64,000 nt of DNA. Origin: Lysobacterales bacterium. Lineage in GTDB: Bacteria > Pseudomonadota > Gammaproteobacteria > Xanthomonadales > Xanthomonadaceae. The position numbers and the translations under genes are program-made. Positions 35,004-47,600 of this stretch are shown here, in pieces (the first letter of the stretch is position 1; the number at the start of each line of letters is the position of its first letter). The notes beneath the pieces were generated by a model. The model did no database searches, was not told the DNA's origin, and saw nothing but the letters and a program-made list of their open reading frames with translations. The stretch lies in the NCBI GenBank assembly GCA_017302135.1, contig JAFLDZ010000005.1, positions 84,159 through 148,158 of the forward strand, read 5' to 3'.

Positions 35004-35717
35004 ATGTCGGATATCTGGTGGTTGCGTATCGGGATCGTGGCTGCGGGCGCGCTGCTGCTCGTCGCGATCTATTTCTTCGGACGGCCGCGCAAGCCGAGCC
35101 AGGGCCGCAAGCGCCGCGACGAGCCGGCCGAACGTTCGTCGCCGCGATCGGAGCCCCATGTCGCTGCCGATGCGCGCGGCGATGTCGCCTTCGGCCAGAA
35201 CGAAATACCACAGGACACCGCGCCGCCCCCGTCCGGCCCGGAAGTGGGCAAGCGCGACCGCGAAGACTTCGACAAGATCGTCACGCTGTACGTCGCCGCG
35301 CGTTCCGGACAGGTGCTGCGCGGCCCGGATATCCTGGTCGCGGCCGAAAAAGCAGGACTGAGCTACGGCTACATGAACATTTTCCACCGGCTGGTCGACG
35401 GCCGCGCCGACAGCGCGCCGATCTTCAGCGTCGCCAACATCAAGAAACCCGGCAGCTTCGAGATGGCCGAGATCCAGTCGCTGGAAACCCCGGCGATCGC
35501 ATTCTTCCTGACCTTGCCGGCGCCGATCGCCGCGCTGGATGCCTGGGAAAAATTGCTGCCCACCGCGCAGCGCATGGCCGAACTGCTCGAAGGCGTGGTG
35601 CTGGACGAATCCCGCAACGCGCTCGGCCGCCAGCGCATCGCCCACATCCGCGACGAGCTGCGCGCCTACGACCGCCAGCACGAAGCGCCGCCGATTTCCA
35701 AGAACACCCGCTGGTAA
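35004..35717 (+). CDS. zipA: Cell division protein ZipA
   Basis: 237-aa ORF: N-terminal TM WWLRIGIVAAGALLLVAIYFF, charged/Pro linker, C-terminal FtsZ-binding-domain pattern (IVTLYVAA...GYMNIFHR...PIFSVANIKKPGSF). Conserved smc-zipA-ligA synteny. Confidence 0.85.
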   Translation: MSDIWWLRIGIVAAGALLLVAIYFFGRPRKPSQGRKRRDEPAERSSPRSEPHVAADARGDVAFGQNEIPQDTAPPPSGPEVGKRDREDFDKIVTLYVAARSGQVLRGPDILVAAEKAGLSYGYMNIFHRLVDGRADSAPIFSVANIKKPGSFEMAEIQSLETPAIAFFLTLPAPIAALDAWEKLLPTAQRMAELLEGVVLDESRNALGRQRIAHIRDELRAYDRQHEAPPISKNTRW

Positions 35718-38902
<3,185 letters not shown>

Positions 38903-39037
38903 GCCGGTTCGCGGGATTCCTGAACGGACTTCCGCCGGCTCCGCGCCGGGCCGGAAAATTCGCCGGCCGTTCATGCGTGCGGGCCGACGCTAGGCCCACG
39001 CAAACACTGGCGTCATACAACTCGGGGGTTGGAAACA

Positions 39038-40165
39038 ATGCGCAACACACTCTTCCTCATCGCGTCCGTCACGGCAGCCGGATTCACCAGCGCGCCAGCT
39101 CAGGCGCAATGGTCGAGCGGCGGCTACGACGATGACCTGATCCGCTGCGAATCGCGCGATGGCCGCACCGAGCGCTGCGAAACGTATGGCGGCAATGCCC
39201 AGTTCGTGCGTCAACTCTCCAACACGCCTTGCGTACGCGGTCGCAGTTGGGGCACCGATTCGCGGGGTGTTTGGGTCAGTTCCGGATGCCGCGCCGAATT
39301 CCGTGTCGACAGCGGCTATGGCTACGACAACGGCTACGACGACAACAGCTATGGTTACGGCAGCAACAACAACTACGGCAACAGCGGCGGTGCTTTCCGC
39401 TGCGAATCCCGCGATGGCCGCACCGAACGCTGCAACAGCTACGGCGGTCGCGCCCAGTTCGTCCGTCAATTGTCGAATACGCCCTGCGTACGGGGTCGGA
39501 GTTGGGGCAGCGACTCGCGCGGCGTCTGGGTGAGCAACGGCTGCCGTGCGCTGTTCACTACGAACGCCGGCTACGGAAATAATTACGGGAACAACTACGG
39601 CAGCGATCTCGTCCGCTGCGAGTCGCGCGACAATCGCAGCCACAGTTGCACGATCTCCTCCGGCCGTAATGGCAATATCCGTTTGCTGCGCCAACTGTCG
39701 GACAAGCCCTGCATCGAGAATCAGACATGGGGCCGTTCGCGCACCGGCGTATGGGTGACCCAAGGCTGTCGCGCTGAATTCGTGACCGGTCGCGGGAACA
39801 ACAACAGCGGCGGTGGTTACCAGCGTCCGCCCGGCGATCTGGGCGGCGCGCCGGGCGGCAAGCGTTCGACGACCTATCAGGACACTTCCGGAGGCCGCGA
39901 GCCCGGCGATCTCGGCGGTGCGACCTCTGCACCGGCGAATCAGCGTCCGCCTTCTGAGGTGGTGATCGGGCGCCCGGGCAGCGTCGAGAGGGCGGATCGT
40001 CAAATCCGACCGGTCGAGGAAGCGCCGGGCCGGCTTGAAATCCAGACGGTCGAAGAAGCGCCCGGTCAGGTCTCGCGCCGCAACACGGGCGGTACGGCAG
40101 AGGTCGATACGCTGCAACCTGCCCCCCGCGAACGGGTTGTCGAGCGCGCCGAGCGCCCACGTTGA
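39038..40165 (+). CDS. Secreted DUF3011-like protein with three Cys-patterned repeats and a disordered C-terminal tail
   Basis: Track ORF 39029 (TTG) trimmed to ATG 39038: MRNTLFLIASVTAAGFTSAPAQA signal. There are three copies of RCESRDGR.ERC....G.AQFVRQLSNTPCVRGRSWG.DSRGVWVS.GCRA.F. Confidence 0.8.
   Translation: MRNTLFLIASVTAAGFTSAPAQAQWSSGGYDDDLIRCESRDGRTERCETYGGNAQFVRQLSNTPCVRGRSWGTDSRGVWVSSGCRAEFRVDSGYGYDNGYDDNSYGYGSNNNYGNSGGAFRCESRDGRTERCNSYGGRAQFVRQLSNTPCVRGRSWGSDSRGVWVSNGCRALFTTNAGYGNNYGNNYGSDLVRCESRDNRSHSCTISSGRNGNIRLLRQLSDKPCIENQTWGRSRTGVWVTQGCRAEFVTGRGNNNSGGGYQRPPGDLGGAPGGKRSTTYQDTSGGREPGDLGGATSAPANQRPPSEVVIGRPGSVERADRQIRPVEEAPGRLEIQTVEEAPGQVSRRNTGGTAEVDTLQPAPRERVVERAERPR
39137..39781 (+). 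repeat. Three intragenic repeats (39137-39301, 39392-39556, 39608-39781) encoding the DUF3011-like module
   Basis: Repeats 1 and 2 are near-identical at protein level and clearly similar at DNA level; repeat 3 is diverged. Linkers are Gly/Tyr/Asn-rich (GYGYDNGYDDNSYGYGSNNNYGN). Confidence 0.85.
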
Positions 40166-40208
40166 GAAATGTCGTCTCTGGCTGTGTTCCGTGAACTGTT
40201 TCGCCCGC

Positions 40209-40240
40209 ACGACCCGGCTTCGGCCGGGTCGTTTCGTTTG
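40209..40240 (+). terminator. Rho-independent terminator after the DUF3011-like gene
   Basis: Perfect 10-bp stem acgacccggc-ttcg-gccgggtcgt followed by ttcgtttg. Confidence 0.7.
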
Positions 40241-40260
40241 CGGACCGGTAGAATGCACGG

Positions 40261-41334
40261 ATGAAGGAAGAAATCGATTACGCGCGCTACGACCGCATTC
40301 GCCCGATCCGCTGGACCGGCGACATGCTGGAACTGCTGGATCAGCGCAAACTGCCGTTCACTGTCGAATACGTCGCTTGCCGCACTGCCAGCGCGGTTGC
40401 AGTCGCGATCCATGCCCTGATCGTGCGCGGTGCGCCGGCGATCGGCATCGCCGCCGCCTGGGGCGTGGTCCTCGCTGCGCGCGAACTCGACGCGACCGCC
40501 GGAGCGATCGAAACCGCAGCGGAGGCTGCGGAACGGCTGGAGCCGGTCATGCAACAGCTCAATGCAGCGCGACCGACTGCAGTCAATCTGGCTTGGGCGT
40601 TGGCGCGCATGCGTCGTGCACTGGCCAATGCGGGTGATGATTGGCGCACCCTGCTGTTCCGCGAAGCGCAGGCGATCGCCAGCGAAGACCTCGCCGCGAA
40701 TCACAAGATGGGCAAGCTCGGTGCGCAGCTGATCGCCAAGGGCAGCGGTGTGCTCACCCACTGCAATACCGGCTCGCTGGCGACTGCGGGCTTCGGCACC
40801 GCACTCGGCGTGATTCGCGCGGGTGTCGCCCAGGGTCGTATCGACCGCGTGTTCGCCGGCGAAACCCGGCCCTGGTTGCAGGGTGCGCGCTTGACGGTGT
40901 GGGAACTGCAGCAGGACGGCATCGATGCGACGCTGATCGCCGATTCGGCCGCATCGCATCTGATGAAAACCGGACAGGTGCAGTGGGTGATCGTCGGCGC
41001 GGACCGGATCTGCGCCAACGGCGATGTCGCCAACAAGATCGGCACCTACCAGCTCGCCATCGCGGCGCGCTACCACGGCGTGAAGTTCATGGTGGTGGCG
41101 CCTTCGTCGACGGTCGATATGGCCACCCCCAGCGGCGGAAAGATCGAGATCGAAGAACGCGACCCCGGTGAACTGTTCGGCGTCGGCGGCGTGCGCACCG
41201 TGCCCGAAGGCGTCAAGGCATGGAACCCGGTGTTCGATGTCGCGCCTTCGGAACTCATCGATGCCATCGTCACCGAGCGCGGCGTCGTCGAACGCCCGAA
41301 CCGGGTATCGATGCAGACTTTCTTCGGCCACTGA
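40261..41334 (+). CDS. mtnA: S-methyl-5-thioribose-1-phosphate isomerase MtnA
   Basis: 357-aa ORF: [72 protein letters not shown]. Confidence 0.92.
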   Translation: MKEEIDYARYDRIRPIRWTGDMLELLDQRKLPFTVEYVACRTASAVAVAIHALIVRGAPAIGIAAAWGVVLAARELDATAGAIETAAEAAERLEPVMQQLNAARPTAVNLAWALARMRRALANAGDDWRTLLFREAQAIASEDLAANHKMGKLGAQLIAKGSGVLTHCNTGSLATAGFGTALGVIRAGVAQGRIDRVFAGETRPWLQGARLTVWELQQDGIDATLIADSAASHLMKTGQVQWVIVGADRICANGDVANKIGTYQLAIAARYHGVKFMVVAPSSTVDMATPSGGKIEIEERDPGELFGVGGVRTVPEGVKAWNPVFDVAPSELIDAIVTERGVVERPNRVSMQTFFGH

Positions 41335-41451
41335 GCGAGCGGATTCCGCCCGATTTCCGCGAGCCGTCGTCGAGCCTGGTCGGGCGCTCGCAAGTCGCTG
41401 TTTCTGCATGGGAAAAAGGCGCCGCACAGCGGGGCGTCGAAGGCCTCCGCG

Positions 41452-41460
41452 TGCTACAAT
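41452..41460 (+). promoter_or_regulatory. Candidate extended -10 promoter element (TGCTACAAT) for gyrA
   Basis: Matches TGnTAtAAT about 140 nt upstream of the gyrA ATG. There is no convincing -35. Confidence 0.35.
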
Positions 41461-41599
41461 TCCGGCTTCGCGCATGGACCCGCGCGCGCCCTCCGGAGCG
41501 ACTCCCAGACAGCCCCCGACGTAGCAGGGGCGATCTTGCGTGTTGGCCCCACAGTGGCGCCCGCGTCGTCGTGCCGTCACTCCTGCCCAAGAAGTCGTA

Positions 41600-44326
41600 A
41601 TGACCGATCTCGCGAAAGAAATCATTCCCGTCAATCTCGAAGACGAGATGCGCCGCAGCTATCTCGACTACGCCATGAGCGTGATCGTGGGCCGCGCGCT
41701 CCCGGACGTGAGGGACGGCCTGAAGCCGGTGCATCGCCGCGTGCTGTTCGCGATGAACGAGCTGGGCGCGCACAGCAACAAGCCCTACTACAAGTCCGCG
41801 CGTATCGTCGGTGACGTCATCGGCAAATATCATCCGCACGGCGACCAGTCGGTGTACGACACGCTGGTACGCATGGCGCAGCCGTTCTCGCTGCGTTACC
41901 TGCTGGTGGACGGGCAGGGCAACTTCGGTTCGGTCGACGGCGACAACGCTGCGGCGATGCGCTACACCGAAGCGCGCATGGCCAAGCTCACCCACGAGCT
42001 GATGGCCGACATCGACAAGGACACCGTCGATTTCCAGCCCAACTACGACGAAAAAGAGCTGGAACCCACGGTGATGCCGTCGCGGTTCCCGAACCTGCTG
42101 GTGAACGGCTCGGCCGGCATCGCGGTCGGCATGGCCACCAACATCCCGCCGCACAATCTGTCGGAAGTCATCGACGCCACCGTCGCGCTGCTCGACGATC
42201 CCGAGATCGATATCGACGGCCTGATGCAGTTCATCCCCGGCCCGGATTTCCCGACGGCGGGCATCATCAACGGCGTCGGCGGGATCCACATCGCCTACCG
42301 CACCGGCCGTGGCCGTGTGCGCATGCGCGCGCGCGCCGAGGTCGAAGTCGCCGACAACGGCCGTGAAGCGATCATCGTCACCGAGATTCCGTATCAGGTG
42401 AACAAGGCCCGGTTGATCGAGAAGATCGCCGAGCTGGTGAAGGAAAAGAAGCTCGAAGGCATCAGCGAACTGCGCGACGAGTCCGACAAGGACGGCATGC
42501 GCATCTTCATCGAGGTCAAGCGCGGCGATTCCGCCGAAGTGGTGCTCAACAACCTCTATCAGCAGACCCAGATGGAGTCGGTGTTCGGCATCAACATGGT
42601 CGCGCTGGTCGACGGCCGCCCGCAGTTGCTGAATCTCAAGCAGATCCTCGAAGCCTTCGTGCGCCATCGCCGCGAAGTCGTCACCCGCCGCACCATCTTC
42701 GAGCTGCGCAAGGCCCGCGCCCGCGCGCACATCCTCGAAGGTCTGACGGTCGCGCTGGCGAACATCGACGAGATGATCGAACTGATCAAGACCTCGGCCA
42801 ATCCCAACGAAGCGCGCGAACGCTTGCTCGCGAAAACGTGGGATGCCGGCCTGGTTGCATCGCTGCTCGCCGCCGCCGGCAGCGACGCTTCGAAGCCGGA
42901 AGATCTGCCGGCCGGTGTCGGCCTGATCGATGGCCGGGACGGACAGCGTTACTACCAGCTGACCGAAATCCAGGCCAAGGAAATCCTCGAAATGCGCCTG
43001 CACCGCCTGACCGGGCTGGAGCAGGACAGGCTGACCGAGGAATACAAGAATCTGCTGGGCGTCATTCGCGGCCTGATCGAGATTCTCGAAAACCCCGATC
43101 GTCTGCGCGAAGTGATCCGCGACGAACTGCGCGAAGTGAAGGAAGCGTTCGGCGACGAGCGCCGCAGCGAAATCCGCGCCAGCGAAGAAGATCTGGACAT
43201 CCTGGATCTGATCGCGCCGGAAGACGTGGTGGTCACGCTGTCGCATTCGGGCTACGCCAAACGCCAGCCGGTCACCGCCTATCGCGCGCAGAAGCGCGGC
43301 GGGCGGGGTCGGAACGCGGCAGCGACCAAGGACGAGGATTTCATCGACCAGCTGTGGCTGGTGAACACCCACGACACGCTGTTGACGTTCACCAGCAGCG
43401 GCCGCGTGTTCTGGCTGTCGGTGCATCAGCTGCCCGATGCCGGTCCGAACGCGCGCGGCCGCCCGATCATCAACTGGTTGGCGCTCGAACCGGGCGAACA
43501 GGTGCAGGCGGTGCTGCCGGTGCGCAGTTACGACGACGAGCATTTCGTGTTCTTCGCCACCCGCAACGGCACCGTCAAGAAAACGCCGCTGACCGAATTC
43601 GCCTACCGGCTCGCGCGCGGCAAGATCGCGATCAATCTCGATGAGGGCGATGCCCTGATCGGCGTGGCGCTGACCGATGGCCATCGCGACATCATGCTGT
43701 TCGCCAGCAACGGCAAGACCGTGCGCTTCGATGAAGCTGCGGTGCGCGCCGTCGGCCGTACCGCGACCGGCGTGCGCGGCATGAAATTGGCTGCAGGCGA
43801 GAAGGTGGTCAGCCTGATCGTCGCCGAGTCGGCGGGCGACCAGCCCGAGGTCGAGGACGATACGGCCGATGACGTCGTGGAGACGGCGGTTGAAGACGCC
43901 GTCATCGAGACGCCGCTCAATGTCGACGATGCCTCTGTCGCCTACATCCTGACCGCGACCGAAAACGGCTACGGCAAACGCACGCCGCTGGCCGATTACC
44001 CGCGCAAGGGCCGCGGCACCCAGGGCGTGATCGGCATCCAGACGACGGCGCGCAACGGCAAGCTGGTGGCTGCGGTGTTGTTGAGCAGCCGCGATGAAGT
44101 GTTGCTGATTTCCGACGGCGGCACGCTGGTGCGCACCCGCGCTGCAGAGATCTCCCAGGTCGGCCGCAACACCCAGGGCGTCACCTTGATGCGCTTGGCC
44201 CAGGACGAGACGCTGCAGGCGCTGGAGCGTCTGGATGCTTCGCTGGACGAGGATGAGACTGAGGTGCCGGTGGTCGGTGCGGTCACTCCGGGCGATACCG
44301 AGTCGACACCCGCACCAGAGGCCTGA
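41600..44326 (+). CDS. gyrA: DNA gyrase subunit A
   Basis: Track ORF 41540..44326 trimmed to [62 protein letters not shown]; active-site [10 protein letters not shown]; beta-pinwheel CTD with an acidic insertion and an acidic tail. Confidence 0.97.
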   Translation: MTDLAKEIIPVNLEDEMRRSYLDYAMSVIVGRALPDVRDGLKPVHRRVLFAMNELGAHSNKPYYKSARIVGDVIGKYHPHGDQSVYDTLVRMAQPFSLRYLLVDGQGNFGSVDGDNAAAMRYTEARMAKLTHELMADIDKDTVDFQPNYDEKELEPTVMPSRFPNLLVNGSAGIAVGMATNIPPHNLSEVIDATVALLDDPEIDIDGLMQFIPGPDFPTAGIINGVGGIHIAYRTGRGRVRMRARAEVEVADNGREAIIVTEIPYQVNKARLIEKIAELVKEKKLEGISELRDESDKDGMRIFIEVKRGDSAEVVLNNLYQQTQMESVFGINMVALVDGRPQLLNLKQILEAFVRHRREVVTRRTIFELRKARARAHILEGLTVALANIDEMIELIKTSANPNEARERLLAKTWDAGLVASLLAAAGSDASKPEDLPAGVGLIDGRDGQRYYQLTEIQAKEILEMRLHRLTGLEQDRLTEEYKNLLGVIRGLIEILENPDRLREVIRDELREVKEAFGDERRSEIRASEEDLDILDLIAPEDVVVTLSHSGYAKRQPVTAYRAQKRGGRGRNAAATKDEDFIDQLWLVNTHDTLLTFTSSGRVFWLSVHQLPDAGPNARGRPIINWLALEPGEQVQAVLPVRSYDDEHFVFFATRNGTVKKTPLTEFAYRLARGKIAINLDEGDALIGVALTDGHRDIMLFASNGKTVRFDEAAVRAVGRTATGVRGMKLAAGEKVVSLIVAESAGDQPEVEDDTADDVVETAVEDAVIETPLNVDDASVAYILTATENGYGKRTPLADYPRKGRGTQGVIGIQTTARNGKLVAAVLLSSRDEVLLISDGGTLVRTRAAEISQVGRNTQGVTLMRLAQDETLQALERLDASLDEDETEVPVVGAVTPGDTESTPAPEA

Positions 44327-44519
44327 CGTGTACCGGTCGATTGCACAATCACGAAGCTGCCGAAAGGCGGCTTCGTGCGTTATCGACACAGGGTTTCGCG
44401 CAGATACATCCCCGGACGTGCCTGCGGTCGACGTCGCAATGTTCGAGACCGGATCGAATCGCGGGCATCCCAAAAGAGCAGCGAAACGTGCTTTCGTGTC
44501 AAGACCGGCCATCCGGGAA

Positions 44520-44629
44520 TCAAATTCAGGCTTTTGGATTAAGTTAAAAAAAAGTCAAAAAAATGTTCAAGAAAAGTAATTTTTTGGTCTGAAGCTTGCC
44601 TATACTCGCCACCACATCCAGGAGGCCAT
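44520..44629 (+). promoter_or_regulatory. AT-rich, A-tract-containing promoter region of the alpha-2-macroglobulin gene (-10-like TATACT 44601-44606; SD AGGAGG 44620-44625)
   Basis: A8 at 44546-44553, A7 at 44557-44563, A4 at 44572-44575, T6 at 44580-44585. TATACT lies 24 nt and AGGAGG 4 nt before ATG 44630. Confidence 0.5.
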
Positions 44630-47600
44630 ATGTGTCGCACGTCGCGGTTTGAGGTGGTGGGTCGGGTTCGGAATTCGGTTCGGGAATGGGGTTCGGGAGT
44701 CGGGTTGGCGCTGGTGTTGGCCGCACTGACGATGCTTCCGGGCTGCGGCAACAAGGAGACCGGGCAACTGCCCGAGGTCAGCGGCGAGGCGATCAAGGCC
44801 AAGCCCAACGAAATCAAAGGCTTCGCGCTGGTCCGGGCCTATCCCGACCAGGACGGCGACACGCTCGCGATCGCTCTGGAGTTCTCCCGGCCACTGGTCG
44901 GCACGCAGGACTTCGACAAGCTCATCACCTTCGCCACGTCGGTCAACGACAAGAGCAGTTGGAAGCTCGACGACAGCGGCAAGATCCTGCGCTTCCCGTT
45001 CGTGACCGCGAACACCGAATACACCCTCACCGTTTCCGCCAAGCTGGCCGCCGCCGACGGCAGCGTGCTCGGCCACGATGTCGAACAGAAGGTCTACACC
45101 GGCGAACTCGATCCCGCCGTGGGCTTCGCTTCGCAGGGCAGCGTACTCCCGGCGCGCGACAGTCGCGGCCTGCCGGTGGTCTCGGTCAACGTGCCCGAGG
45201 TCGACGTGGAATTCCTGCGCGTGCGCGAGAAATCGCTGCCGCAGTTCTTCGCCGAATACCAGCGCGGCGGCCGCCGCAGCGGCTGGGAGCTGGACAACGA
45301 TTACGGCGACGGCACGCCGCTGGCCAAGCTGGCCGAGCCGGTCTACACCAATCGTTTCGTGCTCGGCGGCAAGCGCAACGAACGCGCGGTCACCTATCTG
45401 CCGATCCAGGACATCGAAGAACTGCAGGAACCGGGTCTGTATTTCGCGGTGATGAAGCGCAGCGGCCAGTTCCGCGAGCAGTTCGAAACCACCTTCTTCA
45501 CGGTCAGCGACATCGGCCTGCACGTGCGTGCGTACAAGGACAAATTGTTCGTCCATACCGCATCGCTGCAGGACGGTTCCGGCATCAACAGCGTCGATCT
45601 GCAGATCATCAATGCTGCAGGCGAAACCACGCTCAAGAGCCAGACCGACCGCAACGGCAACGCGATGCTGCCGTACAAACTCGACGCCGCGCACGTGCTG
45701 ATCGCCCGTCGCAGCAGCGATATCTCGATGCTGCCGTTCAACCAGCCGGCGCTGGATCTGTCCGAATTCGCGGTCAGCGGACGCGAGCCGGCGTGGTTCG
45801 ACGTGTTCGCATGGGCCGGTCGCGATCTCTATCGTCCGGGCGAAGTGGTGCGCATCTCCGCGCTGCTGCGCGACAACGACGGCAAGCCGGTGCCGATGAA
45901 AGGCAAGAAGGCGCAGCCGCTGTTCGTGCGCCTGAAACAGCCGGATGGCAAACCCTTCATCGAAAGCCGGATCGAAGCCGGCGCGCAGGGCTATTACAGC
46001 TTCGAAAAGTTGATCCCCGCCGAAGCCCCGACCGGCCGCTGGCAGGTGGAATTCCGCACCGATCCGGCCAGCAGCGAGGCGGTGCAGGGCATGAGCCTGC
46101 GGATCGAGGAATTCCTGCCCGAGCGCATGAAACTCGATCTCGCCACCGCCGACGCGGTGCTGAAGCCGGGCAAGCCGCTGAAGCTCGAAGCCACCGGCGC
46201 CTATCTGTACGGCGCACCCGCAGCGGGCAACCGTTTCACCGCGAAACTCGCGGTCGCGGTCGAACAGCATCCTGTCGAATCGATGCCGGGCTATTTCTTC
46301 GGCGATCCCACGCTGACCCTGCCGAAGGACGCCAACGACGTCGTCGACACCACGCTCGACGCCCAAGGCAAGCTGTCGCAGGACATCGTCCTGCCCGAGG
46401 AAGCGAAACCGGCATCGCCGATCGCGGCCATCGTTTCCGGCAGCCTGTTCGAGACCGGCGGGCGCAGCGTCAACCGTTCGATCAAGCGCGTGCTGTGGCC
46501 GGCGGATGCGCTGGTCGGCGTGCGCCCGATGTTCGACGACAAGGAAGGCCCGGACAGCAACAGCAACGCCGGCTTCCAGCTGATGCGCGTGGACAGCGCC
46601 GGCAAGCCGCGTCCGGCCAAGGGCCTGAAGGTCACGCTGGTGCGCGAGCATCGCGATTACCACTGGAACTACGACAACGACGAAGGTTGGGATTTCGATT
46701 TCACCTCGCGCTTCGACAATGTCGAGACGCGCACCGTCGATGCCGGTGCGACCGCGATCAAGTTCGATTTCCCGGTCGAATGGGGAACGTATCGCGTCGA
46801 TGTGCTCGACCCGGCGACGGGTCTGACCACGCGCTATCCGTTCGAGGCGGGTTGGGGTTGGGGCGATGAGAACCGCGGCCTCGATGCGCGTCCCGACAAG
46901 GTCAAGGTCGCGCTCGACAAGACCGCCTACAACACCGGCGATACGGTGAAGGTGACGCTCACGCCGCCGCATGACGGCAAAGGCCTGCTGATGGTCGAAG
47001 GCGGCGACCGCATGCTCTATGTGCTGGACGTCGACGTGAAGCGCGGCAGCAGCTTCGAGATTCCGGTGACCAAGGATTGGGAACGCCACGACATCTACAT
47101 CACCGCGCTGGTGTTCCGTGGCGGCAGCGCTTCGGACAAGGTCACGCCGGCACGCGCCGTGGGGATCGCGTATGTGCCGATGGATCGCGCCTCGCGCCGT
47201 GTCGAAGTCGGGCTGTCGCTGCCGAAGCAGATGCGTCCGGAGCAGACGCTCACGACCACGGTCGCGGTGCCGAAGCTGGCCGGGCAGGAGGCTTACGTGA
47301 CGGTCTCGGCGGTCGATGTCGGCATCCTCAACATCACCCAGTTCCCGGTGCCCGACGCCAACAAGCATTTCTTCGCCCAGCGCAGGCTCGGCGTGGATGC
47401 CTACGATGTCTACGGCCGCATCATCGAGAGCCTGGAAGGCGACATCGGCAGGATCCGTTTCGGCGGCGACATGGCGCTGCAGCCGCTGGCGCAGGCGCGC
47501 AGGCCGACATCGAAAGTGCAGACCGTCGATCTGTTCTCCGGCCCGGTGAAACTCGATGCCAAGGGCAACGCGAAGATCGCGCTGAAGGTGCCCGATTTCA

